Translations under genes and position numbers: made by a program
Shown here: piece after piece, positions 51,289 to 60,896 of the stretch
Position numbering within the stretch: the first letter of the stretch is position 1
How the letters are laid out: each line of letters starts with the position of its first letter
The notes under the pieces: generated by a model
Seen by the model: the letters and a program-made list of their open reading frames with translations, nothing else
What the model was told of the DNA's origin: nothing
The model's database searches: none
DNA from: a virus
Taxonomy: Duplodnaviria > Caudoviricetes
IMG/VR virus record: IMGVR_UViG_3300034106_006066
Location: 1 to 60,896 of that record
Length of the DNA stretch: 60,896 nt
Direction: 5' to 3' (one strand)

Positions 51289-51413
51289 AAAATTAAAATA
51301 TGACTTATTTTCTAATATACCTATAATTATTTATAAGGTGTATTCAGATTATATCTTAGTACAACAGGATATTAAATATTGGACCAAATCTTTAATATAT
51401 GAACAAATAAATT

Positions 51414-54400
51414 ATGAGTAATAGTGCCAATTATAAAAACTCAGCAATATGGAATAATGTTGTAGGAAATATTACAACAAACGGAACTAATGGAATTTCT
51501 AGTTTCTATAATACTAGAGATCAAAGCGGAAACGTTTGGGAATGGATAGAAAATTCAAACAGTAATGATAATTTATTAAAGAACAGAAGAGGAGGGGCGT
51601 GGAACAGCTCATCCGAAAAGTCTATTTCTGTATCAGGACTAGCTACAGGATCATTAGCAACAAAAAGTCATAATACTGGTTTTAGAATTGGCCAATCTTT
51701 CCAAGAGAATAATTATAGTTTTGCTCACTTTGTTGATATTATTAATCCTAATAATCCACCAGATACTGGAAATAATACAAACTTAGGATCAGTGTCATAT
51801 TCTTTTAAAATTATGCAGAATACTGTTACTAATTCTCAGTACGCATATTTTCTTAATGTTGTTGACCCTAGCGGCCTAAATAGTCATAATTTATATTCTA
51901 CTTTAATGACTAAAGATAATGATTTAAATAATCCTCGTGGAGGCATAAATTATTCTAGTTCTAGAAATATAGGATCAAAATATACAGTAAAACCTTATTT
52001 TGAGAATAAACCAGTTAATTATGTTAGCTGGACCAACGCCGCCATGCTATGCAATTGGCTCCATAATGGAGCATCATCCAATAGTAGTGTAGCAACAGGG
52101 GTTTATGACCTAAGTAACCCGAGTACTACTTCAAGATCAATAGATGCTAAATATTTTATTCCTAATGATAATGAATGGTACAAAGCAGCTTTTTATTCAG
52201 ATTCTATTTCTGGTTACTATTTATATGCGACTCAAAGCAATCAGGCGCCTTGCTCCATAGGATCAAATAGTTGTGGTAGTATTAATTCTATTAATGGAGA
52301 TGGTTCAGTAATTACTAATGCTCCAACTCCATCTATTACTCCATCTGTTACTTTTAGTCCAACTCCAACACTATCTATTAGTCCTACTAAAAGCTTAACT
52401 CCAACAATTACTTCAACCAAAACATTAACACCAACTAAAACACCTACTAATACTCCAACTATATCAATTAGTCCTACTGTTACTATCAGTCCATTTACAA
52501 CTTCTACTCCAACAGTTTCTGTTACTAATAGCAATACTCCGACTTTAACAGTAACACGGACTATAACGCCGACCAATACTGCTACTACAACAAGAACACC
52601 ATCTCGCACACCAACAAAAACACCTACACCAACAAAAACAAATACCCCCACAATAACACCTACAACTTCTATTAGTCCGTCAATTACTCCTAGTATCAGC
52701 TTAAGTGCAAGTATAGAGCCTCCTAGTAGACCAGATATTCTAGATAGAAGACACAATATCAAACAGTATATTGGCAAAAATCCTTTAAATCTTATATCGG
52801 CACCAACACCACGACTAATCAATGATACATTAGTTAAAGATTGGTATAATTTTATTTCAAATATAGAACTAATTTATCAAAAAGATATTAATAATAATGG
52901 ATTATATGATAATAGTAGTTTATATTTTAATACCATAGCTAGTGGTGACTCCATAGTCCCAGATTCATCATCAACACTACAACAATTAGAAACGAATCAG
53001 ACATATTATTTTATACTAAAATCATCAGCAAACATTCCTGTCAAAATTCCTTTTGATAATCATAATTATAATTCTATACTAGCTTCCTCTGGTATTATTG
53101 ATTCTATCAGGAAATTAGACCTATCACCAGATTCTTTTATTGGTAAAATCAATTCTAATAATGAATTAAATCACTTAACTATTATAGATGCTTTGTATAA
53201 AGATATAGATAATCTTAAAAAAGATAAAAAATATCCAGATAAAATACAACAAGCAGAAAATATATTAGATGTTGTATATACTGATTATATTAATAACAAT
53301 CCTTGCTCATCATTAGTAGAATATGAAGAGAATTGTGATTCTCATTATAATTTTAATCCATCTATTAATTTACCTTCTGGATTATCAAATAATTTAACTA
53401 ATATTAATATTGAAAATATAGACACTTATATTGCTAGAATTAATATTCCAATTAACAATTTACCAGAATTAACAAACAATGAAGAAATTTTGTATGAATT
53501 TAATTTTATAGATACTGATGGTAAAACATACCAAATATACCCATATAGCGGATCTATTCTACCCAATAATAATTTATCAAATATTTCTGCGATAGTAAAT
53601 ATGTTCCCTTCGTCTACTCCAACAGTTACTCCAACTATAACTCCAACAAATACTGTTACTCCTACAAGCACTGTTACTCCAACCAATAGTATTACTCCTA
53701 CCAATAGCATTACTCCTACTTTAACTCCAACAACAACAATTACCCCAACAAGAACAACCACTCCAACAAATACCATTACTCCGACTAATACTATTACGCC
53801 GACTAATACTATTACTCCGACTGTTACTCCAACCAACACCATTACTCCAACCAATACTATCACTCCAACTATCACTCCAACTACTACTATAACTCCTAGT
53901 ACTACCAGACCATCTTATAATAGTGCAAACTATAATGAATCAGCCAACTGGAATGGGTCTTCTGGAGGTAATGTAACGACCGTAGGTAGCAATGGAGGAT
54001 CATCTTATTATGGAACTTATGATCAAAGCGGAAATGTTAAAGAATGGAACGATCTAAATAATAGTATTACTGTAAATAAAGGTTTAAGGGGCGGAGGGTG
54101 GAACGATACTTTAGCAACACTATCGTCTTCTTCCGATTCATTATCTTTTATTCCAGAATATGCTGATGATAGTATAGGATTTCGTATTTGTGCGATGAAT
54201 AATACTTTTGATTATAATTTTGTAAGTGTTGCGGATACTAATAATATTAATAGCTCTAATTCATATGGAAATGTAAATTATATTTATCAAATTGGAAAAT
54301 ATCCAGTTACTAATTGTGAATATGCTCAATTTTTAAACTCAGTTGCATCAGTAGATAAGTATAATTTATATAATGATAATATGGATAGCGCTAGATGCGG

Positions 54401-57400
54401 CATAGTTAAAATACCAGGCTATAGTACTACAAATAATTCAATGCTAAATATTGATTTTGTTCCTGTTCTTAATTCAGGAAATGCCCCCAATCCATTGATT
54501 AGCCCAGATCTGTCTACTGTTAGTAGTAGCGGTTCTGTTAATTATAATTTTCATATAGGAAAGTATGAAATAACTAATGCTCAATACTCTTCGTTCCTTA
54601 ATAGTGTTGCTAAAACAGATACTAATAATTTATATAGAATACTTATGGAGAATGAAATAGTTCGTTCTGGTTCTAATGGAAATTATAGCTATAGCACAAC
54701 AGAAGGAAATGAAAATAAACCAGTTTGTTTTGTTTCGCAATTTGATATTTTTAGATTTGCTAATTGGCTACATAATGGTGGTCCGTCAGGTCTTCAAAAT
54801 GCTTCAACAACAGAAGATGGGGCATATGATATGTCATTGTCTAGACCATTGCGCAAATCTGGAGCAAAATTTTGGATTCCTAGTATAGATGAATGGTATA
54901 AATCTGCTTTCTATAGTCAAGAACTAAATAATGGGTCCGGAGGTTATTATCTGTATCCAACAAGCAGTAATACTTTATCTCCAAGTAATCCTCCCGGAGG
55001 ATCTGATTCAGCTAATTTTAATACTGTTGTTGGAGAAAAAACAGTTGTTGGAAGCTATATTAATGCAACTTCTCCATGTGGTGCATATGATATGGCAGGA
55101 AATATTTCAGAAAGATTGGATACTTTTGTTAGTTTTAATGATCTATACTTACATGCGGTAGGAAATTGGAATTATTCAGGTGAATTTACAAATATTCCTG
55201 GAGAATTATTTAATTCATCATCATCAGAACACACCTTTGCTACTGCTGGACTTACATCAGAAAACGAGAGAGTAGGATTTAGAGTAGCTGGATTTTTCCC
55301 AACCAACTCGTATTCTGTAAAACCCGATTGGAATAATAAGCCAATAGTTTTTGTTAATTGGTTTGATGCTGCCAGATATTGTAATTGGCTACATAACAAC
55401 AAAATCAGAGGACCACAAGATATTACTACAACCGAAGACGGAGCTTACACTCTGAATGGTATTGTTAGTGGTAATGGAGTAATAAAAAATACAAATGCTA
55501 AATATTGGATTCCTAGTGAGAATGAGTGGTATAAAGCAGCATATTATAGTCCTAATAAAAATAATACTGGTAATGTTGGATATTACCTTTATGCTACTCA
55601 AAGTGATGAACCGTTGTACTTTGTTACTGCTGATAGTGCAGGAAATGGCATATTAAACGAACAACTCGCTCAAGCTAGCGATTATTTCTGTGGAGAATTA
55701 CCAACTCCTACTCCAACAAAAACAACCACTCCAACTATTAGTACTACCCCCACAAATACAATTACGCCAACCAATAGCGAGACTCCAACAGCTACTCCAA
55801 CAAATACCTCTACCCCAACAAATACTCCTACTCCAACTAGTACTCTAACTCCATTTTTAAGCCCATCGATTACTCCAACAAGTACTCCAACTAGTAGTGA
55901 GACGCCTACTGCCACACCTACAAATAGTATTACTCCTACTAATACTCTTACTCCAACTAATACCATAACCCCAACACAAACTATTACTCCTACTTCTACC
56001 GATATAGCTATTGGAAATAGAGCTAATTATAACGGATTAGCTAATTGGAACGGATCTACCGGAGGAAATCTTACTTCAGTAGGAAGTAATGGAGGACCAA
56101 GTTATTATGGAACATATGATCAAAGCGGATTAGTTTATGAATGGAATGATTTAAACAATATTGATTCCCCCAATAGAGGGAAAAGAGGGGGCTGGTCTGG
56201 AAATAGCGCATTAGCATTATCTTCTGCTTTCAGAGCTGAGGATCCGATAGCCTCAATAAGATCATCTGTAGGATTTCGTTTGTCTTCTAGTACTAATCCA
56301 TTAAATCTTGATATGTCATTAATTACAGATCCTGGTAATACTTTTGATACTGGTGGAACTAATTATGGTTCTGTAAACTACACATACTATATAGGAAAAT
56401 ATATTATTACTAATTGTGAATATGTAGATTTTCTAAATAGTGTTGATCCTCAAGGAATTAATCCGCAAAATATATATAATACTTCTATGACAACAAGTAT
56501 TCATGGAGGTATTAATTTTAATAGTGGAGCAAATAATGGTAATAAATATACTATAAAAACTAATTGGGGAGATAAACCAGTAGTTTTTGTAAACTGGTTT
56601 AGCTGCTCAAGATACTGCAACTGGTTGCACAACGGTAGGTTTAAATATCTCACCTCAGATAGTTCTGCTAATGCTCCTCAAAATAATGGTGCATATAATA
56701 TAGGGATATCAACAACAGGCAATGCTGTATCAAAAACTAATACAGCATTATATTATATACCTACAGAAAATGAATGGTATAAAGCTGCATATTATAAAGG
56801 AAATGGAACCAACGCTGGATATTGGAGATATGCCACTCGATCCAACGATATTCCATTAGCAATAACTGCTGATAGTTTTGGTGCTGGAACATTAAATGGA
56901 ACTTCAGTAATAACTAATTATAGTTGTCCTCCTTCTCCAAGTTCTATGCCAACACCCACTCCTACTACTACTTCCACTCCAACAAATACTGTTACTCCAA
57001 CCTTAACTATTACCCCAACCAGAACAGCCTCTCCAACAGTTACTCCAACCAGAACAGCCTCTCCAACAGTTACTCCAACCAGAACAGCCTCTCCAACAGT
57101 TACTCCAACCAGAACAGCTACTCCAACAGTTACTCCAACAAGAACATCCACTCCAACAATTACTCCAACCAGAACGGCTACACAAACAACTACTCCAACA
57201 AACACCTCTACTCCAACAAACACCTCTACTCCAACAAGAAGTATAACTCCTACGCGAACACTAACGCCAACTAATACGGTTACTCCGACCCAAACCAAAC
57301 TAATACTACCCTTGACTGCCGGTTCTAATACAGCTAATTTTATTGGATTATGGGGAAACACAACATTAAGTAGTACTTTCAATAGTAATGACAACTACAG

Positions 57401-60400
57401 CAACATTAGAGCTGTAGCAGCAGGATATGGTCGTACCACTCCTGGTCCGATGTTTTCTACAGCTAGAGGCAGTATCAATATTAGATTTATTGATCAGAAT
57501 AATCAGCCTGTTTCTGTTACCGAATTCTCATTAAGCAATATCATACTATATTATGAATTTAGACCAGTATCTTTAAGTGGAGCGACTTTAACTGGTAGTG
57601 GTTCTAGCTATATATTAACTTTACCATCGAATACTAATTCTTTAAATGGAGCCTATCAATTAAAAATTACAGGATTTGACCCAGAAGGTTTATATTCAAT
57701 GATTTGTTGGCAAAAATGGATTCTTGGATCTGAAAACTTAAGATATATTTGGTATAGTACTAATTGGAATGAATCATTAACTAATAATGTTACAACTGTG
57801 GGTAGTAATGGTGGTCCTAGTGCATATGGTACTTATGACCAAAGCGGGAATGTAGAGGAATGGACAGATAACTTTGGTCTTGCTGAAGTTAGTAAAAAAT
57901 TACGAGGAGGATCATATAGATCAGTTATTCATGAAATTAGTAAAATTTATAGATCCGTAGATACAATTCCATCATATAAAGATCCCAGATATGGCTTTAG
58001 AATATGTAGTTTTAATAATTCTAATTCAATACCAAATTTAGTACAAGTAGTTAATTCTAATAATACTCAAGATACAACAGGATTTGGATCTGTTCCTTAT
58101 GCTTATTTTATAAGTAAATATCCTATTACTAATTGTGAATATGTAGAATTTTTGAATAGTATTGATCCTCAAGGTTTGAATCCTCAAGGGATTAGTCCAG
58201 ATGCTGCTGCTAGAAGAGACATAATATCGGGTATACTATTTGATAGTACCTCCTCCAACGGAAATAAGTATTCTACCAAACCTAATATGAGTAATAAGCC
58301 AGTAGTATATATAAATTGGTTTAATGCTGCGAGATATTGCAATTGGTTACATAATAATAGACCAAAACTATTAACAACAAACCTATCAGCAACGGCTCCA
58401 CAAAATGTTGGTGCTTATAATTTAGGATCAACAACAACAGGTAGTACTGTAGCCAAAGAGCCCAATGCTAAGTATCATATTCCAACAGAAAATGAATGGT
58501 ATAAAGCAGCATTTTATAAGAGCAATTCTACCAATGCTGGATATTGGAATTATGCTACTCAACAAGATACTATCCAGTATGTTAGTAGTGATCAATTTGG
58601 AAATGGTATTAATTTTAATCTAAACAATCATCCCGTTGCTAGAAGTAGTGATTTCAATTGTATTCAATATGTTACTCCTACTCCTACTATTACTCCCACC
58701 AAAACCTCAACTCCTACTGCTACTCCAACAAGTACTATGGGTCCAAGAACACCAACTCCAACATCGTCAATTCCATGTGACTTTACATTACAAAAATGGT
58801 TACCACTGATCGACTCACAATTAGATATAGCACCTGCATGGACGTGTCTCGCCTCTAATGAAGATGCAACAAAATTAGCTGCTATTTCCTACAACAATTT
58901 CAATGTTGGGGGCTTTGGTATAGAATACAAGGTTTATGTTAGTAATAATAGTGGAAAAACCTGGACATTAAGTTTTGCGTCTAATGACCCTTTAAATAGT
59001 ATAGCAAGCGATAGCACAGGAAATAAACTAATACTAACAGCAGACAATGGTTCAGGTATCGGAACATTACATACCAGTACTGATGGTGGTCAAACTTGGA
59101 TACCAAGAACTTCTGCTGGCATTAAACCCTGGCAAAAAGTAATTAGTAGTAATAATGGAAATAATTTAGTTGCAATAGAGTTGACTACTTCTATATATAC
59201 TAGTAGCGATAGCGGAATAAGTTGGACAAAAATTGATAACGATCTATTATCAATGTCGGGGTGGTATGATATTGCTATGAATAGCGACGGATCTCAATTA
59301 ATAGGTATATTACCTACTACTACTAGTGGATTGATAGCAAATCTATATGTTAGTAGTGATTATGGAAATAATTGGACAATTATTAATAGTGCTGGGACTA
59401 GATCATGGAGAAGAGTATTACAAAATAATACTGGTTCAATAATAGTAGCTTTAGCAACACGAACTGCTAATGCTAGTCCAGACGAGATACACGATATGTT
59501 TGTGAGTACGAACGGTGGCGTTTCTTGGACTCAAAGAGGATCTGCTGCTTCCAAAGCATGGTGGGATATCTCTATGAACAAAAATGGTAATATTATATTA
59601 GGAATTAATCATGCTAGTACTTCAAGTAATAGCACGCCTGGAGATTTAAGCTCTATTTACCTTAGTAGAGATACTGGTATTTCTTGGAGCGAATTAGCTT
59701 ATAATAATGGTTCGGTTGGGAATGGGATGACTAAAGTTTGGAGTAAAATATCAACCGACTACTCAGGAAATAAATTCATAGCTTCCGCATCTAATAATAG
59801 TGTCTATACAATGGATTGTAGCATTCCTTCAAAAGGAATTCTGTTTGACAGCTCTTCCTGGATAAACAGGTCGGATGTTCCATCTTTATATCAATCTTTA
59901 TTAAATACTGCTTCTAACAGATGGTCTAATTATATCAAATTAAGTGACATTACTTTAAATCAACATCCAGGACTCATTAGTTCACAAGGATTACAACTAA
60001 AATCATTCTCCTTATATAACGATGGATCAGACTGGTCAGCTGCTAGATGTGAACCAAATAATGATTATACTGGATTTAATTTGTCTATTAATACATATTA
60101 TAATCCAGGGCTTACCAACTTATGGAGTAATATTATTGTACATGCATTGGGTCATGGTCTAGGTATCGGAACCAATTGGACTGTTACAGGAGGTTTCGTT
60201 GGAGGCGTATCTGATACTTCTCTTAGACTAGATGGAATATCATATCCTATGACTTTGGCCGCTTGGAGACTTATTTCCGCAAACCGACTCATGCCATATA
60301 CGCCGGTACTTGAAGAAAATCAAATTGGAGCAGGAACACACTGGACAGATACAGTTATAAATGAGATTATGAGAAGACCTATAACGGAATCCAGAAATAT

Positions 60401-60602
60401 AACAATATTAAGTATTAAAAACCTATTAGACATAAAGCCTCTCGGATTTGAGAGATATGTGGAAATCAAACCAGGAAATTTTGAAAAATGGATTTCACGA
60501 GAACAAGATTCCTTTTTTACTCCACAGATACAACAAAATATAGAAGAAAATATTCTTTATTGCGGAACATGTAATCATATTAATTCACTTAAAACTAACT
60601 AA
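51414..60602 (+). CDS. 3062-aa giant adhesin: four permuted FGE/CLec domains, one nested canonical FGE domain, BNR propeller, inactive M8-like domain
   Basis: Four DQSG..EW..GFR + EWYKAA units, one DMAGNISE unit, Asp-box repeats, HALGH. Confidence 0.88.
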   Translation: MSNSANYKNSAIWNNVVGNITTNGTNGISSFYNTRDQSGNVWEWIENSNSNDNLLKNRRGGAWNSSSEKSISVSGLATGSLATKSHNTGFRIGQSFQENNYSFAHFVDIINPNNPPDTGNNTNLGSVSYSFKIMQNTVTNSQYAYFLNVVDPSGLNSHNLYSTLMTKDNDLNNPRGGINYSSSRNIGSKYTVKPYFENKPVNYVSWTNAAMLCNWLHNGASSNSSVATGVYDLSNPSTTSRSIDAKYFIPNDNEWYKAAFYSDSISGYYLYATQSNQAPCSIGSNSCGSINSINGDGSVITNAPTPSITPSVTFSPTPTLSISPTKSLTPTITSTKTLTPTKTPTNTPTISISPTVTISPFTTSTPTVSVTNSNTPTLTVTRTITPTNTATTTRTPSRTPTKTPTPTKTNTPTITPTTSISPSITPSISLSASIEPPSRPDILDRRHNIKQYIGKNPLNLISAPTPRLINDTLVKDWYNFISNIELIYQKDINNNGLYDNSSLYFNTIASGDSIVPDSSSTLQQLETNQTYYFILKSSANIPVKIPFDNHNYNSILASSGIIDSIRKLDLSPDSFIGKINSNNELNHLTIIDALYKDIDNLKKDKKYPDKIQQAENILDVVYTDYINNNPCSSLVEYEENCDSHYNFNPSINLPSGLSNNLTNINIENIDTYIARINIPINNLPELTNNEEILYEFNFIDTDGKTYQIYPYSGSILPNNNLSNISAIVNMFPSSTPTVTPTITPTNTVTPTSTVTPTNSITPTNSITPTLTPTTTITPTRTTTPTNTITPTNTITPTNTITPTVTPTNTITPTNTITPTITPTTTITPSTTRPSYNSANYNESANWNGSSGGNVTTVGSNGGSSYYGTYDQSGNVKEWNDLNNSITVNKGLRGGGWNDTLATLSSSSDSLSFIPEYADDSIGFRICAMNNTFDYNFVSVADTNNINSSNSYGNVNYIYQIGKYPVTNCEYAQFLNSVASVDKYNLYNDNMDSARCGIVKIPGYSTTNNSMLNIDFVPVLNSGNAPNPLISPDLSTVSSSGSVNYNFHIGKYEITNAQYSSFLNSVAKTDTNNLYRILMENEIVRSGSNGNYSYSTTEGNENKPVCFVSQFDIFRFANWLHNGGPSGLQNASTTEDGAYDMSLSRPLRKSGAKFWIPSIDEWYKSAFYSQELNNGSGGYYLYPTSSNTLSPSNPPGGSDSANFNTVVGEKTVVGSYINATSPCGAYDMAGNISERLDTFVSFNDLYLHAVGNWNYSGEFTNIPGELFNSSSSEHTFATAGLTSENERVGFRVAGFFPTNSYSVKPDWNNKPIVFVNWFDAARYCNWLHNNKIRGPQDITTTEDGAYTLNGIVSGNGVIKNTNAKYWIPSENEWYKAAYYSPNKNNTGNVGYYLYATQSDEPLYFVTADSAGNGILNEQLAQASDYFCGELPTPTPTKTTTPTISTTPTNTITPTNSETPTATPTNTSTPTNTPTPTSTLTPFLSPSITPTSTPTSSETPTATPTNSITPTNTLTPTNTITPTQTITPTSTDIAIGNRANYNGLANWNGSTGGNLTSVGSNGGPSYYGTYDQSGLVYEWNDLNNIDSPNRGKRGGWSGNSALALSSAFRAEDPIASIRSSVGFRLSSSTNPLNLDMSLITDPGNTFDTGGTNYGSVNYTYYIGKYIITNCEYVDFLNSVDPQGINPQNIYNTSMTTSIHGGINFNSGANNGNKYTIKTNWGDKPVVFVNWFSCSRYCNWLHNGRFKYLTSDSSANAPQNNGAYNIGISTTGNAVSKTNTALYYIPTENEWYKAAYYKGNGTNAGYWRYATRSNDIPLAITADSFGAGTLNGTSVITNYSCPPSPSSMPTPTPTTTSTPTNTVTPTLTITPTRTASPTVTPTRTASPTVTPTRTASPTVTPTRTATPTVTPTRTSTPTITPTRTATQTTTPTNTSTPTNTSTPTRSITPTRTLTPTNTVTPTQTKLILPLTAGSNTANFIGLWGNTTLSSTFNSNDNYSNIRAVAAGYGRTTPGPMFSTARGSINIRFIDQNNQPVSVTEFSLSNIILYYEFRPVSLSGATLTGSGSSYILTLPSNTNSLNGAYQLKITGFDPEGLYSMICWQKWILGSENLRYIWYSTNWNESLTNNVTTVGSNGGPSAYGTYDQSGNVEEWTDNFGLAEVSKKLRGGSYRSVIHEISKIYRSVDTIPSYKDPRYGFRICSFNNSNSIPNLVQVVNSNNTQDTTGFGSVPYAYFISKYPITNCEYVEFLNSIDPQGLNPQGISPDAAARRDIISGILFDSTSSNGNKYSTKPNMSNKPVVYINWFNAARYCNWLHNNRPKLLTTNLSATAPQNVGAYNLGSTTTGSTVAKEPNAKYHIPTENEWYKAAFYKSNSTNAGYWNYATQQDTIQYVSSDQFGNGINFNLNNHPVARSSDFNCIQYVTPTPTITPTKTSTPTATPTSTMGPRTPTPTSSIPCDFTLQKWLPLIDSQLDIAPAWTCLASNEDATKLAAISYNNFNVGGFGIEYKVYVSNNSGKTWTLSFASNDPLNSIASDSTGNKLILTADNGSGIGTLHTSTDGGQTWIPRTSAGIKPWQKVISSNNGNNLVAIELTTSIYTSSDSGISWTKIDNDLLSMSGWYDIAMNSDGSQLIGILPTTTSGLIANLYVSSDYGNNWTIINSAGTRSWRRVLQNNTGSIIVALATRTANASPDEIHDMFVSTNGGVSWTQRGSAASKAWWDISMNKNGNIILGINHASTSSNSTPGDLSSIYLSRDTGISWSELAYNNGSVGNGMTKVWSKISTDYSGNKFIASASNNSVYTMDCSIPSKGILFDSSSWINRSDVPSLYQSLLNTASNRWSNYIKLSDITLNQHPGLISSQGLQLKSFSLYNDGSDWSAARCEPNNDYTGFNLSINTYYNPGLTNLWSNIIVHALGHGLGIGTNWTVTGGFVGGVSDTSLRLDGISYPMTLAAWRLISANRLMPYTPVLEENQIGAGTHWTDTVINEIMRRPITESRNITILSIKNLLDIKPLGFERYVEIKPGNFEKWISREQDSFFTPQIQQNIEENILYCGTCNHINSLKTN
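57014..57170 (+). repeat. 30-nt coding tandem repeat ([10 protein letters not shown])
   Basis: agaacagcctctccaacagttactccaacc x3 plus degenerate copies. Confidence 0.9.
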
Positions 60603-60607
60603 TTTAA

Positions 60608-60896
60608 ATGTCCTATAAAATATATAACAATAACAGCACTTTTTATATCAGAAAAGTTAATGAAGAATTTTTTCTGAACAATAGTGATATTATAACTCCA
60701 ACACCATCTGTAACGCCTACAAAAACAATTACTAGTACTCCAACAGCTAGTACAACAGTTACTTCGACTCCAACCTCTACAGTTACTAGAACGGTCACCT
60801 CAACAAGTACTCCAACGCCAACACAAACCTCTAATCCGCTACCAGGCCCAACTCCAACGCCAACCTCTACAGTTACTAGAACGGTCACCTCAACAA
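60608..60896 (+). CDS. Thr/Pro-rich protein (3'-truncated by window)
   Basis: ATG 60608 MSYKIYNNNSTFYIRK...TPTPSVTPT, open to end of window; not in ORF track. Confidence 0.8.
   Translation, partial: MSYKIYNNNSTFYIRKVNEEFFLNNSDIITPTPSVTPTKTITSTPTASTTVTSTPTSTVTRTVTSTSTPTPTQTSNPLPGPTPTPTSTVTRTVTST

Noticed and set aside
43700-57200. Tandem repeats as possible CRISPR arrays
   Set aside because: Units are contiguous, multiples of 3, in-frame coding, with no unique spacers and no cas genes.
44410-58665. FGE domains as active formylglycine-generating enzymes
   Set aside because: No catalytic Cys pair evident in the core segment; context indicates binding (CLec) domains.
42908-60888. Many minus-strand Val/Gly-rich ORFs (VGV repeats) and alternative-frame Leu/Gln- or Ser/Asn-rich ORFs
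   Set aside because: Shadows of the Thr/Pro repeats in the + strand genes; no RBS or independent motifs.
41085-60896. DGR template repeat or reverse transcriptase within the window
   Set aside because: No AAC-rich non-coding copy of the VRs and no RT-like ORF seen; the DGR call therefore stays incomplete.
1-60896. Stop-codon reassignment
   Set aside because: Code 11 gives dense, intact ORFs up to 3062 aa, with TAA, TGA and TAG all used at gene ends.

Overview
AT-rich (roughly 30% GC by eye), densely coding segment that reads as part of a large tailed (jumbo-type) dsDNA phage genome in standard genetic code 11. A Planctomycetota/PVC-like host is inferred from the FGE-sulfatase domain type and is not proven. 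Layout: (1) 1-10 kb early/replication region with a PspC fragment, tRNA-Leu(UAA) split by a group I intron, a minimal kinase, rIIA/rIIB, an anticodon-less tRNA-like cloverleaf, a RepB/primase-like gene, and a Zn-ribbon/RuvA-CTD fusion followed by RuvB. (2) 10-34 kb with about 20 glycan-building and modifying genes, an actin-like ATPase, a Pro-rich protein and a subtilase. (3) 26-40 kb auxiliary genes: macrodomain, GuaC, degenerate bacterioferritin, PAP2, sigma factor, ClpP, catalytically dead DeoC. (4) 41-61 kb giant mucin-like (Thr/Pro) adhesin genes. Main discoveries: six circularly permuted FGE/C-type-lectin domains, one with a complete canonical-order copy nested inside it; two GC-rich, A-poor patches in the ligand-binding segment that look like DGR variable repeats placed mid-gene, with no TR or RT in this window; and a plausible phage-encoded mucin/hydroxyproline-type O-glycosylation system. 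Protein calls come from motif recognition only; no searches were run.
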